64,000 nucleotides of DNA from Lachnospiraceae bacterium (GTDB lineage: Bacteria; Bacillota_I; Bacilli_A; RFN20; CAG-826), in NCBI GenBank assembly GCA_963657245.1, contig CAVKLJ010000004.1, forward strand, positions 2,584-66,583, in the 5' to 3' direction. Both the position numbers and the translations under genes were made by a program. Of the stretch, positions 1-8,465 are shown in pieces. Within the stretch, counting starts at the first letter, position 1; each line of letters starts with the position of its first letter. The notes beneath the pieces are model-generated. The model did no database searches and was not told the DNA's origin. It worked only from the letters and a program-made list of their open reading frames with translations.

Positions 1-2
1 GC

Positions 3-953
3 ATTCCTTTGGCAATAATTCCTTTCTTTTACGCTTTGCAACTATCGAATTCGTATTTCCACATTAAAGATGATTTAGATAATAACCGTTTCAAATCATA
101 TCTAAGATCTTATTTTTCTCCACTTGGATTTGGCTCTTATAGAATCATACGATCTGCTTTATTTAGTTTCCTCATCTCTCTTGTTTGTGTCTTTGTTTTT
201 TCGATATGTTATATTGAAATTGCAAGCGCAGTGGGAGTGGACATGAATTCCCTTTTGAACTCAATGTTTGAAGCCTATCAAAAGAATGACGTTGAAGCTT
301 TGCAAGCTGTTATGAAATCCGAAATGTTCCTTACATATTCCACTTGGGTTTCCGTGGTGGATACAGGCGTATTTACTATCTCTTTCGTTCTACATATTTT
401 CCGTTATGGCGTTTTATCCTATTTCCGTTTCTCCCTTCCTGGAGCCGATGCAAGATCAGTTAACGCCTTATATAGAGCAACGTTGCATTCCATAAAAACA
501 AAAGGCTACAACAAGGATTATTTCCTTTGCTTATGGCCATTGATGCTAATGACCATCTTAACTTTCGCATTAGGAACATATTTTGGTTTCCTCTTAGTAA
601 AAGTTGAACCTATTGCGGAATTCTTTGAGAACAACCAGTATTTCTCTTCCTATCAGTTAATTACATTATGTGGAACACTTGTGATGGGACTCTTCTTAAC
701 GATATCACTGCCTTATTACTTTGATTCGATATATTCCTTATATGAGAAATATGAGGTTGCATTCGGTGAAGCTGCATTTGATTTTGCGACCAAAGCCGTT
801 AATGAATTAAAACAAGCGGAGAGACTTTCAAAAGAAGAAAGAGAAGAAATCGAGAAAAGCCTCGATGAAATAAAAAAGAAACAAGAAGAACTAGAAAAAC
901 ATAAAAACGATATCATCGATAACGAAACAGACGATGATAAATCGGATAAATAA
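3..953 (+). CDS. polytopic membrane protein with an acidic, coiled-coil-like C-terminal tail (5' end probably outside the window)
   Basis: ORF 9..953. The frame stays open to the window edge. Several hydrophobic helices. Charged tail KEEREEIEKSLDEIKKKQEELEK...DDDKSDK. Followed by a hairpin terminator. Confidence 0.5.
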   Translation: MPLAIIPFFYALQLSNSYFHIKDDLDNNRFKSYLRSYFSPLGFGSYRIIRSALFSFLISLVCVFVFSICYIEIASAVGVDMNSLLNSMFEAYQKNDVEALQAVMKSEMFLTYSTWVSVVDTGVFTISFVLHIFRYGVLSYFRFSLPGADARSVNALYRATLHSIKTKGYNKDYFLCLWPLMLMTILTFALGTYFGFLLVKVEPIAEFFENNQYFSSYQLITLCGTLVMGLFLTISLPYYFDSIYSLYEKYEVAFGEAAFDFATKAVNELKQAERLSKEEREEIEKSLDEIKKKQEELEKHKNDIIDNETDDDKSDK

Positions 954-954
954 A

Positions 955-989
955 GCCCATTGAAGTCATAGATTTCATGGGCTTTTTTC
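955..989 (+). terminator. rho-independent terminator
   Basis: GCCCAT...ATGGGC stem followed by TTTTTT, directly after the stop codon. Confidence 0.6.
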
Positions 990-996
990 GATATAA

Positions 997-1021
997 AAGA
1001 AAAACTCGCAACGAATGCGAG
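997..1021 (-). terminator. rho-independent terminator downstream of tRNA-Gly
   Basis: CTCGCA/TGCGAG stem. On the minus strand it is followed by a T-run. Confidence 0.5.
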
Positions 1022-1036
1022 CCTATATATAAAAAA

Positions 1037-1110
1037 TGGAGCAGGCGACGGGAATCGGACCCGCGTATCCACCTTGGCAAGGTGGTGTTCTACCATTGAA
1101 CTACGCCTGC
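1037..1110 (-). tRNA. tRNA-Gly (anticodon GCC)
   Basis: Reverse complement reads GCAGGCGTAGTTCAATGGTAGAACACCACCTTGCCAAGGTGG...CGCCTGCTCCA. It folds as a cloverleaf with anticodon loop TTGCCAA and an encoded CCA. The T-loop reads TCCGATT, which is unusual. Confidence 0.9.
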
Positions 1111-1142
1111 ATTTGTCACGTCATTTTCTTGACGCGTGGATT

Positions 1143-1171
1143 ATTATAGCGACCAAAAAAGTTATATGCAA
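1143..1171 (-). promoter_or_regulatory. sigma-70-type promoter for tRNA-Gly
   Basis: Minus strand TTGCAT, 17 nt spacer, TATAAT. The -10 lies about 30 nt upstream of the mature tRNA 5' end. Confidence 0.55.
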
Positions 1172-1229
1172 TAGAAAATTTAATATATCTGTTCTATAAT
1201 CTTAAAGTTATTTAGCAAGGAGCAATTAA

Positions 1230-2882
1230 ATGGCAACTTACGAGGATTTAGCAAATCTCTTATTCCCAGATGTAACAGAGACCATAGACGACTTAGAAAA
1301 GCGTTACCCAGAAAGAAACCTTCCAGAAGGCGCTCAAGTAACGCGTTTCGCCCCATCTCCAACCGGTTTCCTTCACACTGGTTCATTATTTACGGCTTTT
1401 ATCGCCTATACATTAGCAAAGCAATCTAATGGCGTTTATTTCTTCCGTCTTGAAGATACTGATACAAAACGTACCATCGCTGGCAGTGCAGATGAATTAA
1501 TCGAACAATTGGCCCAATTTGGCATTATTGCCGATGAAGGATATTTCCCAAATGGCGATAAAGGTGCTTATGGCCCATTCCAACAATCAAAAAGAGCCGA
1601 TATATATAAAGTAGTTATCAAGGAGCTTCTCCGCCAAGGACAAGCTTATCCTGATTTCATGACTTCCGATGAACTCGCCGCTTTAAGAAAATTCCAAGAA
1701 GACAATAAGATCCTTCCTGGATACTATGGCCCATATGCAAGAGACCGCAAATTAAGTGTCGATGAAGCAATTGAAAAAGTGAAAGCAGGAACTCCATGGG
1801 TCATCCGTTATAGATCAATGGGTGATCATAACAAAAAAATCAAATTCACCGATAGAATTCGTGGAACAATCGAATTAGCCGATAACGATGTCGATGTCGT
1901 TATCTTTAAGAGCGATGGTCTACCTACATATCACTTTGCTCACGTAGTTGATGATCACTTCATGAGAACAACGGTTGTTACAAGAGGCGAGGAGTGGATT
2001 CCATCTACCCCAATCCATTTGCAATTATTCCGCTCCTTAAATTGGAAAGCGCCTAAATACGCTCACCTTCCAGTTATCATGAAACTCGATCATGGCAATA
2101 AGCGCAAACTTTCTAAACGTAAAGACCCTGAAGCAGCCGTTTCCTTCTTCTTGAAGGCTGGCTATCCTCCAAAGGCCTTGCTTGTTTACTTAATGAGCAT
2201 TGCTAACTCCAACTTCGAAGAATGGACCTTATCCAATAAGAGCTATGACTATTCAGAGTTCAAATTCGCTTTCTCCAAGATGTCCTTAGATGGTGCTTTA
2301 TTTGATGAAGGAAAACTTAATTTCTTCGCCAAAGAATATATCGCCACAATCAAAACATCCACACTTGTGGAAGACGTTACTTCTTGGGCAAAAGGAAACG
2401 ATGAAATCCTTAATAAGAAGATTGAATCTGATCCAGCATATTTCGCTAAAGTGCTTGGCATCGAAAGAGAAAGAGCTAATCCAAGAAAGGATTACGCTAA
2501 GTATTCTGATATCGAACCCGCAACAAGATTCTTCTATGACGAGGATTATGCAAAGCTTGTCGAGAACGAATTACCATTCAATCCTAAATTCGATAAAGAA
2601 TTCTTAAAGAGTTTCTTAGCAAGTGCTGCAGAAAAGATGGAATATGGCGTTGATGAGTCCACGTGGTGGAATTCTGTAAAGAACGTTGCTGCAGAAAATG
2701 GATTCGCCATTGCGAATAAGGATTACAAGAATAATCCTGATGCGTATAAAGGCTCAGTATCTGATGCTGCTGAGATCATCCGTATCGCCTTAACTTGTTC
2801 AAAAGATTCTCCAAACCTTCACGAGGTAATCGAGATTCTTGGCAAGGAAAGAGTACAAAAACGTTTAACTTCCCTCTTCTAG
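1230..2882 (+). CDS. gltX: glutamate--tRNA ligase (class I GlxRS)
   Basis: RFAPSPTGFLHTGS (HIGH-type motif) and KLSKRK (KMSKS-type motif). RBS AAGGAG upstream. Confidence 0.8.
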   Translation: MATYEDLANLLFPDVTETIDDLEKRYPERNLPEGAQVTRFAPSPTGFLHTGSLFTAFIAYTLAKQSNGVYFFRLEDTDTKRTIAGSADELIEQLAQFGIIADEGYFPNGDKGAYGPFQQSKRADIYKVVIKELLRQGQAYPDFMTSDELAALRKFQEDNKILPGYYGPYARDRKLSVDEAIEKVKAGTPWVIRYRSMGDHNKKIKFTDRIRGTIELADNDVDVVIFKSDGLPTYHFAHVVDDHFMRTTVVTRGEEWIPSTPIHLQLFRSLNWKAPKYAHLPVIMKLDHGNKRKLSKRKDPEAAVSFFLKAGYPPKALLVYLMSIANSNFEEWTLSNKSYDYSEFKFAFSKMSLDGALFDEGKLNFFAKEYIATIKTSTLVEDVTSWAKGNDEILNKKIESDPAYFAKVLGIERERANPRKDYAKYSDIEPATRFFYDEDYAKLVENELPFNPKFDKEFLKSFLASAAEKMEYGVDESTWWNSVKNVAAENGFAIANKDYKNNPDAYKGSVSDAAEIIRIALTCSKDSPNLHEVIEILGKERVQKRLTSLF

Positions 2883-2900
2883 GTTACAAATCAATGTGTA

Positions 2901-2925
2901 AGGCTGCGTAATTGCAGCCTTTTTC
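2901..2925 (+). terminator. rho-independent terminator
   Basis: AGGCTGC-gtaatt-GCAGCCT stem followed by TTTTT. Confidence 0.7.
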
Positions 2926-3055
2926 ATTAACTATGAAATTAATGAGTAACGTTTAGAACACGCTTAAACATTCTTTTAATCGCTTAAAAAATATCGATTC
3001 TAAGCCAACATTGTGGAATATTTTACCGATTTACCAATAAAATGACATCCTTAAG

Positions 3056-3074
3056 TTAGGTTACTCTAACCAAA
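3056..3074. promoter_or_regulatory. DtxR/IdeR-type iron-box-like palindrome upstream of hypB
   Basis: TTAGGTTACTCTAACCAAA matches the remembered DtxR/IdeR consensus TTAGGTTAG(C/G)CTAACCTAA at 16 of 19 positions. Contains the perfect GGTTA-N3-TAACC inverted repeat. Confidence 0.45.
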
Positions 3075-3144
3075 AATGTCGAAAAAATCTATATTTTGGC
3101 CATATTGAAACGTATAATATTGAATGCCCAAAAAGGATTAGAGA

Positions 3145-3819
3145 ATGTCAGAAACGAAGAGAACCATTATTCTTGGCACAAACATTTTCGAGGCTGTCAA
3201 GAAAGATGGGGACTTGCTTCGTGAAAGGCTAAAAGAAGAAAAGCTCTTCTTAGTCAATGTCATGTCTTCTCCTGGTGCAGGCAAAACCACAACGCTGATT
3301 TCCTTAATCAATTCTTTGAAGAAAGATTATCGAATCGGGGTTATGGAAGCGGATTTAGATTCCGACGTTGATGCCATAAAGGTCAGCAAGGAAACTGGAG
3401 TTGAATCGTTACAGATTCATACGGATTCTCTCTGCTATATCGACACTGATATGGTTCGTGATGGCTTAGCTCATTTTGATGGAATGAAATTAGACCTCAT
3501 TTTCTTAGAGAACGTTGGAAACATGGTATGTCCATCGACATTTGATACGGGAGCTTGCCTAAACGTTTGCATTCTCTCTGTTCCAGATGGTGATTCAAAG
3601 CCATTTAATTATCCGAATATGTTCGAGGGTTGCGATTTAGTGCTCATCAACAAAATCGACGCATTGGATTTCTTCTCCTTCAATCTGGAAGAAGTGGAGA
3701 AATTCATCAAGCAGATAAACCCAAGGGCAACAATGATTTCATATTCGGCCAAGACAGGCGAAGGAATCGACAAAATAGTTACTTATTTGAACGAAAGAGT
3801 TCAAGAGTGGAGGAAATAA
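3145..3819 (+). CDS. hypB: hydrogenase/urease nickel-incorporation GTPase HypB
   Basis: P-loop SSPGAGKTT, ENVGNMVCP, and INKID (NKxD). No N-terminal CxxCGC motif or His stretch. Confidence 0.9.
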   Translation: MSETKRTIILGTNIFEAVKKDGDLLRERLKEEKLFLVNVMSSPGAGKTTTLISLINSLKKDYRIGVMEADLDSDVDAIKVSKETGVESLQIHTDSLCYIDTDMVRDGLAHFDGMKLDLIFLENVGNMVCPSTFDTGACLNVCILSVPDGDSKPFNYPNMFEGCDLVLINKIDALDFFSFNLEEVEKFIKQINPRATMISYSAKTGEGIDKIVTYLNERVQEWRK

Positions 3820-3820
3820 T

Positions 3821-6748
3821 ATGCCAGAGCAACTTAAAGGAAAACCTGAGACCATATCTAAGTGGCAAGGTTTCGAGCCAAAAACTGAGGAAGAAAAGAG
3901 AGTTACAAAGAAATTCCTCAAATTAGCGGCAAAAATCACCGACAACGTGGAAACAAAGCTTCATCCAACCACACAATGTCCAGAATTCTGGGCCATGCGT
4001 GAAATCATGAATGAGAATGAAGCGGACATTCTTCTTAGCATCAAGCAAAGAAAATGGTACACGTTCGAAGAATTCTATGCCAAAAACAAGAAAATGGATC
4101 CAATCCTTTTCAAAGAGACACTCGAACTTTGTGTTGAACACGGTATCATCGAATATGACTACGGTGATCACTATACAGATGATGGACCAGTTCCAGGTGC
4201 AAACCCAAAACGTATTAAACGTTACCGTTTAAGTTACTATGTTCCTGGCAGTGCCGAGCTTTTCAACTCCACAAAAGAACGTGTTGATAAGAATCCTCCA
4301 GTTGCATCAGGCTTTGAAAGAATGACTTTCTTGCCTCTTGCTAAGATTACTTCCATGGTTCCAGAAGGCGGAGATGGAATTGGTATGCACGTCATCCCAG
4401 TTGAAAAAGCTATTTCCGCTAATAACGAATCTGTTAAATTAGAAAAAATCTCCTATTGGCTAAAGAAATATGATGGTCACATTGCCGCCGGTATCTGCTC
4501 TTGCCGTTATTCCCGTGCAAAGATTGGTGAAGGCTGCGCAGATGATCCATTTGACTGGTGTGTCCAACTTGGTGATATGGCAGACTACGCCGTTGAAACT
4601 GGCCGTGCACGCTATATCAGCAAAGAAGAAGCTCTTGATATCATGGAAAAAGCCGAAAAGAACGGCTTCGTACACCAAATCACCAACATCGATGGTGAAG
4701 ACCACATCTTTGATATCTGTAACTGCGATGTCAAGATTTGTAATGCTTTAAGAACCTCTCTCTTATTCAATACTCCTAACCTTTCTAGAAGTGCATATAC
4801 TGCAAAAGTTGATCCAAAGAACTGTGTCGCTTGCGGACGTTGCGTTGAATCTTGTCCAGCCGGTGCCGTCAAACTCGGACAAAAGCTTTGCACAAAGAAT
4901 GGACCAGTTGAATATCCACAAGCTCCTCTCCCAGATAAATTACATTGGGGCAAATATGCTTGGGATGAAAACTATCGCGATACAGCAAGATATAACACCT
5001 ATCCTACAGGTACAGCACCATGTAAGACGGCTTGCCCAGCTCACGTTGCAGTTGAAGGCTATCTTAAGATGGCCAACCAAGGCAGATATGATGAAGCTCT
5101 CGCTTTAATCAAACGTGAAAACCCATTCCCAGCAGTTTGCGGACGTATTTGTAACAAACGCTGCGAAAAGGCTTGTACACGTGCAAATATCGATGAAGCC
5201 GTCTCTATTGATGCAGTTAAGAAATTCTTAGCCGAAAGAGATCTTGATCCAAAAACAAGAGTCTTACCAGAAAAGACAATTGCTAAAGTCAATGGTGACT
5301 TCGATGAAAAGATTGCCATCATTGGTGCAGGCCCAGCTGGTTTATCCGCTGCCTATTACCTTGCCTTAATGGGATATCACCCAACAGTCTTCGAAAAGAA
5401 TCAAAAAGCTGGCGGTATGATGATGTATGGCATCCCATCCTTCAAACTTGAAAAAGATGTTATCGATGCTGAAGTCGAAATCATCCGTGAACTTGGTGTT
5501 GAAATCAAGTGCGGTGTTGAAGTCGGAAAAGATGTCACAATCGACCAATTAAAAGAACAAGGCTACAAGGCTTTCTATATCGCAATCGGCTGCCAAGGCG
5601 GACGTCGTCCAAACGTTCCAAATGATCAAGCTGTCGGAACAACAATTGCCGTCGACTTCCTTAAAGGTGCATACGAAAATCAAAATCAAAAGATTGATGG
5701 TGATTGCGTCGTCATCGGCGGTGGTAACGTCGCTATCGATTGCGCCCGTACCGCTCATCGTTTCAAAGCTGACTCTGTCTCGATGTATTGCTTAGAGTCT
5801 CGCGAAACGATGCCAGCAACAAAAGAAGAAGTCGCAGAAGCTGAAGAAGAAGACATCAAAGTCAATCCAGGATGGGGTCCAAAAGAAGTCCTTGTTGATG
5901 AAAAGGGCGAAGTCTGTGGCATTATCCTTAAGAAATGTATCTCTACAATTGACCCAGAAACCAAACGTTTCAATCCTCAATATGATGAGAATGTTACAAT
6001 CGAAGTCAAAGCCAAGAAGATTGTCTTTGCTATCGGACAAGCCATCGAATGGGGCGATATGTTAAAGAATACCAAAGTCACATTCTGGCATGGTAACTAT
6101 CCAATCGCCGATAAATTCACCTATCAAACAGCTGACGAGTCAATCTTCGTTGGTGGCGATGTCTACACAGGGCCTAAGTTTGTTATCGATGCTATTGCCG
6201 AAGGACATGAAGCAGCTGAATCCTTAGCTCGTTTCGTCTCTCCATATAACGCTTCCTTAACCATCGGCCGTGACCGTAGATACTTCATCGAACTCAATAA
6301 GTCCGACCTTGTCATCGATGATTATGATCACGCTGGAAGACAAGAAGCCGGAATGGATGAAACAGCCGACTATAAGAATTCCTTCCGTGATTTCAGCAAG
6401 ACCCTTACTGAAGAACAAGTCAAGATTGAAACATCACGTTGCTTACAATGCGGTGCCTCAATCGTTGATCCTCATAAGTGTATCGGTTGTGGTATTTGCA
6501 CAACACGTTGTGAATTCGATGCCATCCATCTCGTTCGTGACCATCCAAAGGCTACGACAATGAGAAATGCCGATGATAAGATTGCTGGCTTAATGCCATA
6601 TGCCTTAAAACGTGGATTCAAGATCATTGCTCACTCTGGCTCTAAAGAAGCAAGAATGATGCGTAAGAGACGTAAAGAATTCAAGAAGGCAAACAAGAAC
6701 AATCCTAACAAGAATACCGGCTATGCCGTTCCACCAATTGAACGCTAA
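3821..6748 (+). CDS. large Fe-S flavoprotein: Cys-rich N-terminal domain, 4Fe-4S motif, GltD-like FAD/NAD(P) oxidoreductase, C-terminal 4Fe-4S ferredoxin domain
   Basis: CVACGRCVESCP. GltD-type CKTACPAH...FPAVCGRICNKRCEKAC. Two Rossmann motifs, IIGAGPAGLSAA and VIGGGNVAIDCA. C-terminal CLQCG...CIGCGICTTRC. Confidence 0.75.
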   Translation: MPEQLKGKPETISKWQGFEPKTEEEKRVTKKFLKLAAKITDNVETKLHPTTQCPEFWAMREIMNENEADILLSIKQRKWYTFEEFYAKNKKMDPILFKETLELCVEHGIIEYDYGDHYTDDGPVPGANPKRIKRYRLSYYVPGSAELFNSTKERVDKNPPVASGFERMTFLPLAKITSMVPEGGDGIGMHVIPVEKAISANNESVKLEKISYWLKKYDGHIAAGICSCRYSRAKIGEGCADDPFDWCVQLGDMADYAVETGRARYISKEEALDIMEKAEKNGFVHQITNIDGEDHIFDICNCDVKICNALRTSLLFNTPNLSRSAYTAKVDPKNCVACGRCVESCPAGAVKLGQKLCTKNGPVEYPQAPLPDKLHWGKYAWDENYRDTARYNTYPTGTAPCKTACPAHVAVEGYLKMANQGRYDEALALIKRENPFPAVCGRICNKRCEKACTRANIDEAVSIDAVKKFLAERDLDPKTRVLPEKTIAKVNGDFDEKIAIIGAGPAGLSAAYYLALMGYHPTVFEKNQKAGGMMMYGIPSFKLEKDVIDAEVEIIRELGVEIKCGVEVGKDVTIDQLKEQGYKAFYIAIGCQGGRRPNVPNDQAVGTTIAVDFLKGAYENQNQKIDGDCVVIGGGNVAIDCARTAHRFKADSVSMYCLESRETMPATKEEVAEAEEEDIKVNPGWGPKEVLVDEKGEVCGIILKKCISTIDPETKRFNPQYDENVTIEVKAKKIVFAIGQAIEWGDMLKNTKVTFWHGNYPIADKFTYQTADESIFVGGDVYTGPKFVIDAIAEGHEAAESLARFVSPYNASLTIGRDRRYFIELNKSDLVIDDYDHAGRQEAGMDETADYKNSFRDFSKTLTEEQVKIETSRCLQCGASIVDPHKCIGCGICTTRCEFDAIHLVRDHPKATTMRNADDKIAGLMPYALKRGFKIIAHSGSKEARMMRKRRKEFKKANKNNPNKNTGYAVPPIER

Positions 6749-7116
6749 TGCATGAGCTTGGTATTGCCTTCGAAGTCGTGAAGGAAGTGGACCAATTTGC
6801 CAAAGACAAAAACATTGAAACTATTGCAGGCGTCACCCTTGAAATCGGAGAGGTTTCAGGGGTCGTCCCTCAATATCTCCTCGATGTTTGGCCTTGGGCA
6901 ACAGAACATCGTTCCGAACATCTAAAAGGTTCAAAACTCAACATCGTCGAACTTAAGGCAATCTCTTATTGCGAAGATTGCAAAGAGACCTACGATACCG
7001 TTCCGCAAGGGAAGAAATGCCCTCGTTGTGGAGGAGGAAATACCTACTTAGTTGAAGGAAACGAGATTAAGATCCAATCCATCCAAATTAACGAAGCCAC
7101 GCCTGAGTCTAGATGA
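6748..7116 (+). CDS. hypA: nickel insertion protein HypA
   Basis: N-terminal MHE motif. Zn site CEDC...CPRC. TAATG overlap with the upstream gene. Confidence 0.9.
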   Translation: MHELGIAFEVVKEVDQFAKDKNIETIAGVTLEIGEVSGVVPQYLLDVWPWATEHRSEHLKGSKLNIVELKAISYCEDCKETYDTVPQGKKCPRCGGGNTYLVEGNEIKIQSIQINEATPESR

Positions 7117-7129
7117 TTCAGGCTTTTTC
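7101..7129 (+). terminator. hairpin terminator spanning the hypA stop codon
   Basis: GCCTGA-11 nt-TCAGGC stem followed by TTTTT. Confidence 0.45.
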
Positions 7130-7132
7130 TAA

Positions 7133-7141
7133 TGCTATAAT
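7133..7141 (+). promoter_or_regulatory. extended -10 element (TGcTATAAT)
   Basis: TGCTATAAT ends 5-8 nt before the GTG/ATG at 7147/7150. No Shine-Dalgarno sequence lies between them. Confidence 0.35.
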
Positions 7142-7146
7142 CTAGA

Positions 7147-8457
7147 GTGATGGAAAGATATCTTTTAGATAAAACGTTTCTTGGTCCAAATGATATGTTT
7201 TCTTCACCAAGAAATAATGCGACCCTTACTATTCTTAGAGGTAATGAGATTGCTTATTCGATAGATTATCGTGTTACCTATGATTATCGTCTTTCATTTT
7301 TCTATACAAAGAAATTGATACTCACTCTTATTTGGATGGTTGGAGGAGAGAAAATCCTTTTTAAGGGAGAGCATGATTTCTTCCCATACTTAGAAAAAAG
7401 AATCAAAGACGATGAAGAGATTCAAGCGTCTTTTAAAGAGATCGGAAGAATATTCCAAAAAGAGGTTTCTTTCGAAGAAACAAATGTAATTTTTCCAAAA
7501 AAGAGTGTTAAAACCCCTTTCTTTTCTTCTTATGAAGGAAATCATATAGGCCTAGATTTAGGTGGAAGTGATCGTAAATTAACCATCATTAAGGATGGAA
7601 AACTTATATATTCTGAAGAAACATTATGGTACCCAAAAGAAGCCAAAGACCCTCATTACCAATATAACGGCATTCTAGATTCGTTAGAAAAAGGTAAGAG
7701 TTATCTTTCGAATATCGATTCAATTGGAATATCAGTCGCTGGAATAGTTAAAGATAATAAATTGATTTCTACATCCTTATATGCCAATGTAGGTGAGAAT
7801 GCAAAATACGTTTTCTCTCGTATTGTTTTTAGAGATATCATGGCTAAATATTTTCCATCAATTCCTTATTATGTGATTAATGATGGTGATGTCTCTGCAA
7901 TAGGAGCAAGTTTACGTTTCAAAAAAGATAAGGTCCTTGGCTTGTCATTAGGAACTTCCCTTGCGGCAGGATATGTTACAGATTCTCATCTTACTGGATG
8001 GTTAAACGAGCTTTCTAAGGTTCCACTTAATTATTCTCCATACGCAAGAAAACATTATGCGTTAAATATCTCTGGTGCAGCAGGGGAATATCTTTCACAA
8101 AAAGGAATCATTTCTCTTGTGGAGAAAACGGGGACCAAACTTTCTGGAAGTCCTGCAAATATGCTTAAAGAGATACAAAGACTAGCGTTTTTAGGCGATC
8201 AAAATGTTCTTTCCGCTTATCATGATCTTGGCCTTTATCTAGGTGAGGCTTTGAAATTCTATTCGAGGTTCTATGATTTTGAATCCGTTCTTCTGCTAGG
8301 AAGAGTAATGAGTGGAAAAGGTGGAGAAATAATAAGTGTAACCGCCAAGAAATATCTCCAAGAAAATGGGTTATTTATTGATTTTATTTCACCTGATGAA
8401 GAGTTTGTTCGCTTAGGTCAATCCTATATCGTTTCTTCTTTACGGAATTGTGATTAA
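7147..8457 (+). CDS. ASKHA/ROK-like sugar kinase family protein with an N-terminal extension
   Basis: GLDLGGSDRK phosphate-1 motif, INDGDVSAIGA, and GLSLGTSLAAGYV. No ROK CxCGxxGC zinc motif seen. Confidence 0.5.
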   Translation: MMERYLLDKTFLGPNDMFSSPRNNATLTILRGNEIAYSIDYRVTYDYRLSFFYTKKLILTLIWMVGGEKILFKGEHDFFPYLEKRIKDDEEIQASFKEIGRIFQKEVSFEETNVIFPKKSVKTPFFSSYEGNHIGLDLGGSDRKLTIIKDGKLIYSEETLWYPKEAKDPHYQYNGILDSLEKGKSYLSNIDSIGISVAGIVKDNKLISTSLYANVGENAKYVFSRIVFRDIMAKYFPSIPYYVINDGDVSAIGASLRFKKDKVLGLSLGTSLAAGYVTDSHLTGWLNELSKVPLNYSPYARKHYALNISGAAGEYLSQKGIISLVEKTGTKLSGSPANMLKEIQRLAFLGDQNVLSAYHDLGLYLGEALKFYSRFYDFESVLLLGRVMSGKGGEIISVTAKKYLQENGLFIDFISPDEEFVRLGQSYIVSSLRNCD

Positions 8458-8465
8458 TTAAACCT

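Noticed and set aside
716-1096. A 126-aa minus-strand ORF spanning the end of the first gene and tRNA-Gly. Likewise ORF 13429..13692, which covers tRNA-Glu.
   Set aside because: Both run through clear tRNA genes and terminator hairpins. They have no coding signal and are artefacts of ORF calling.
1111-1229. A possible T-box riboswitch upstream of gltX.
   Set aside because: The intergenic region is about 120 nt and is shared with the divergent tRNA-Gly promoter. The likely gltX -10 (TATAAT, 1195-1200) leaves a leader of only about 25 nt, far too short for a T-box.
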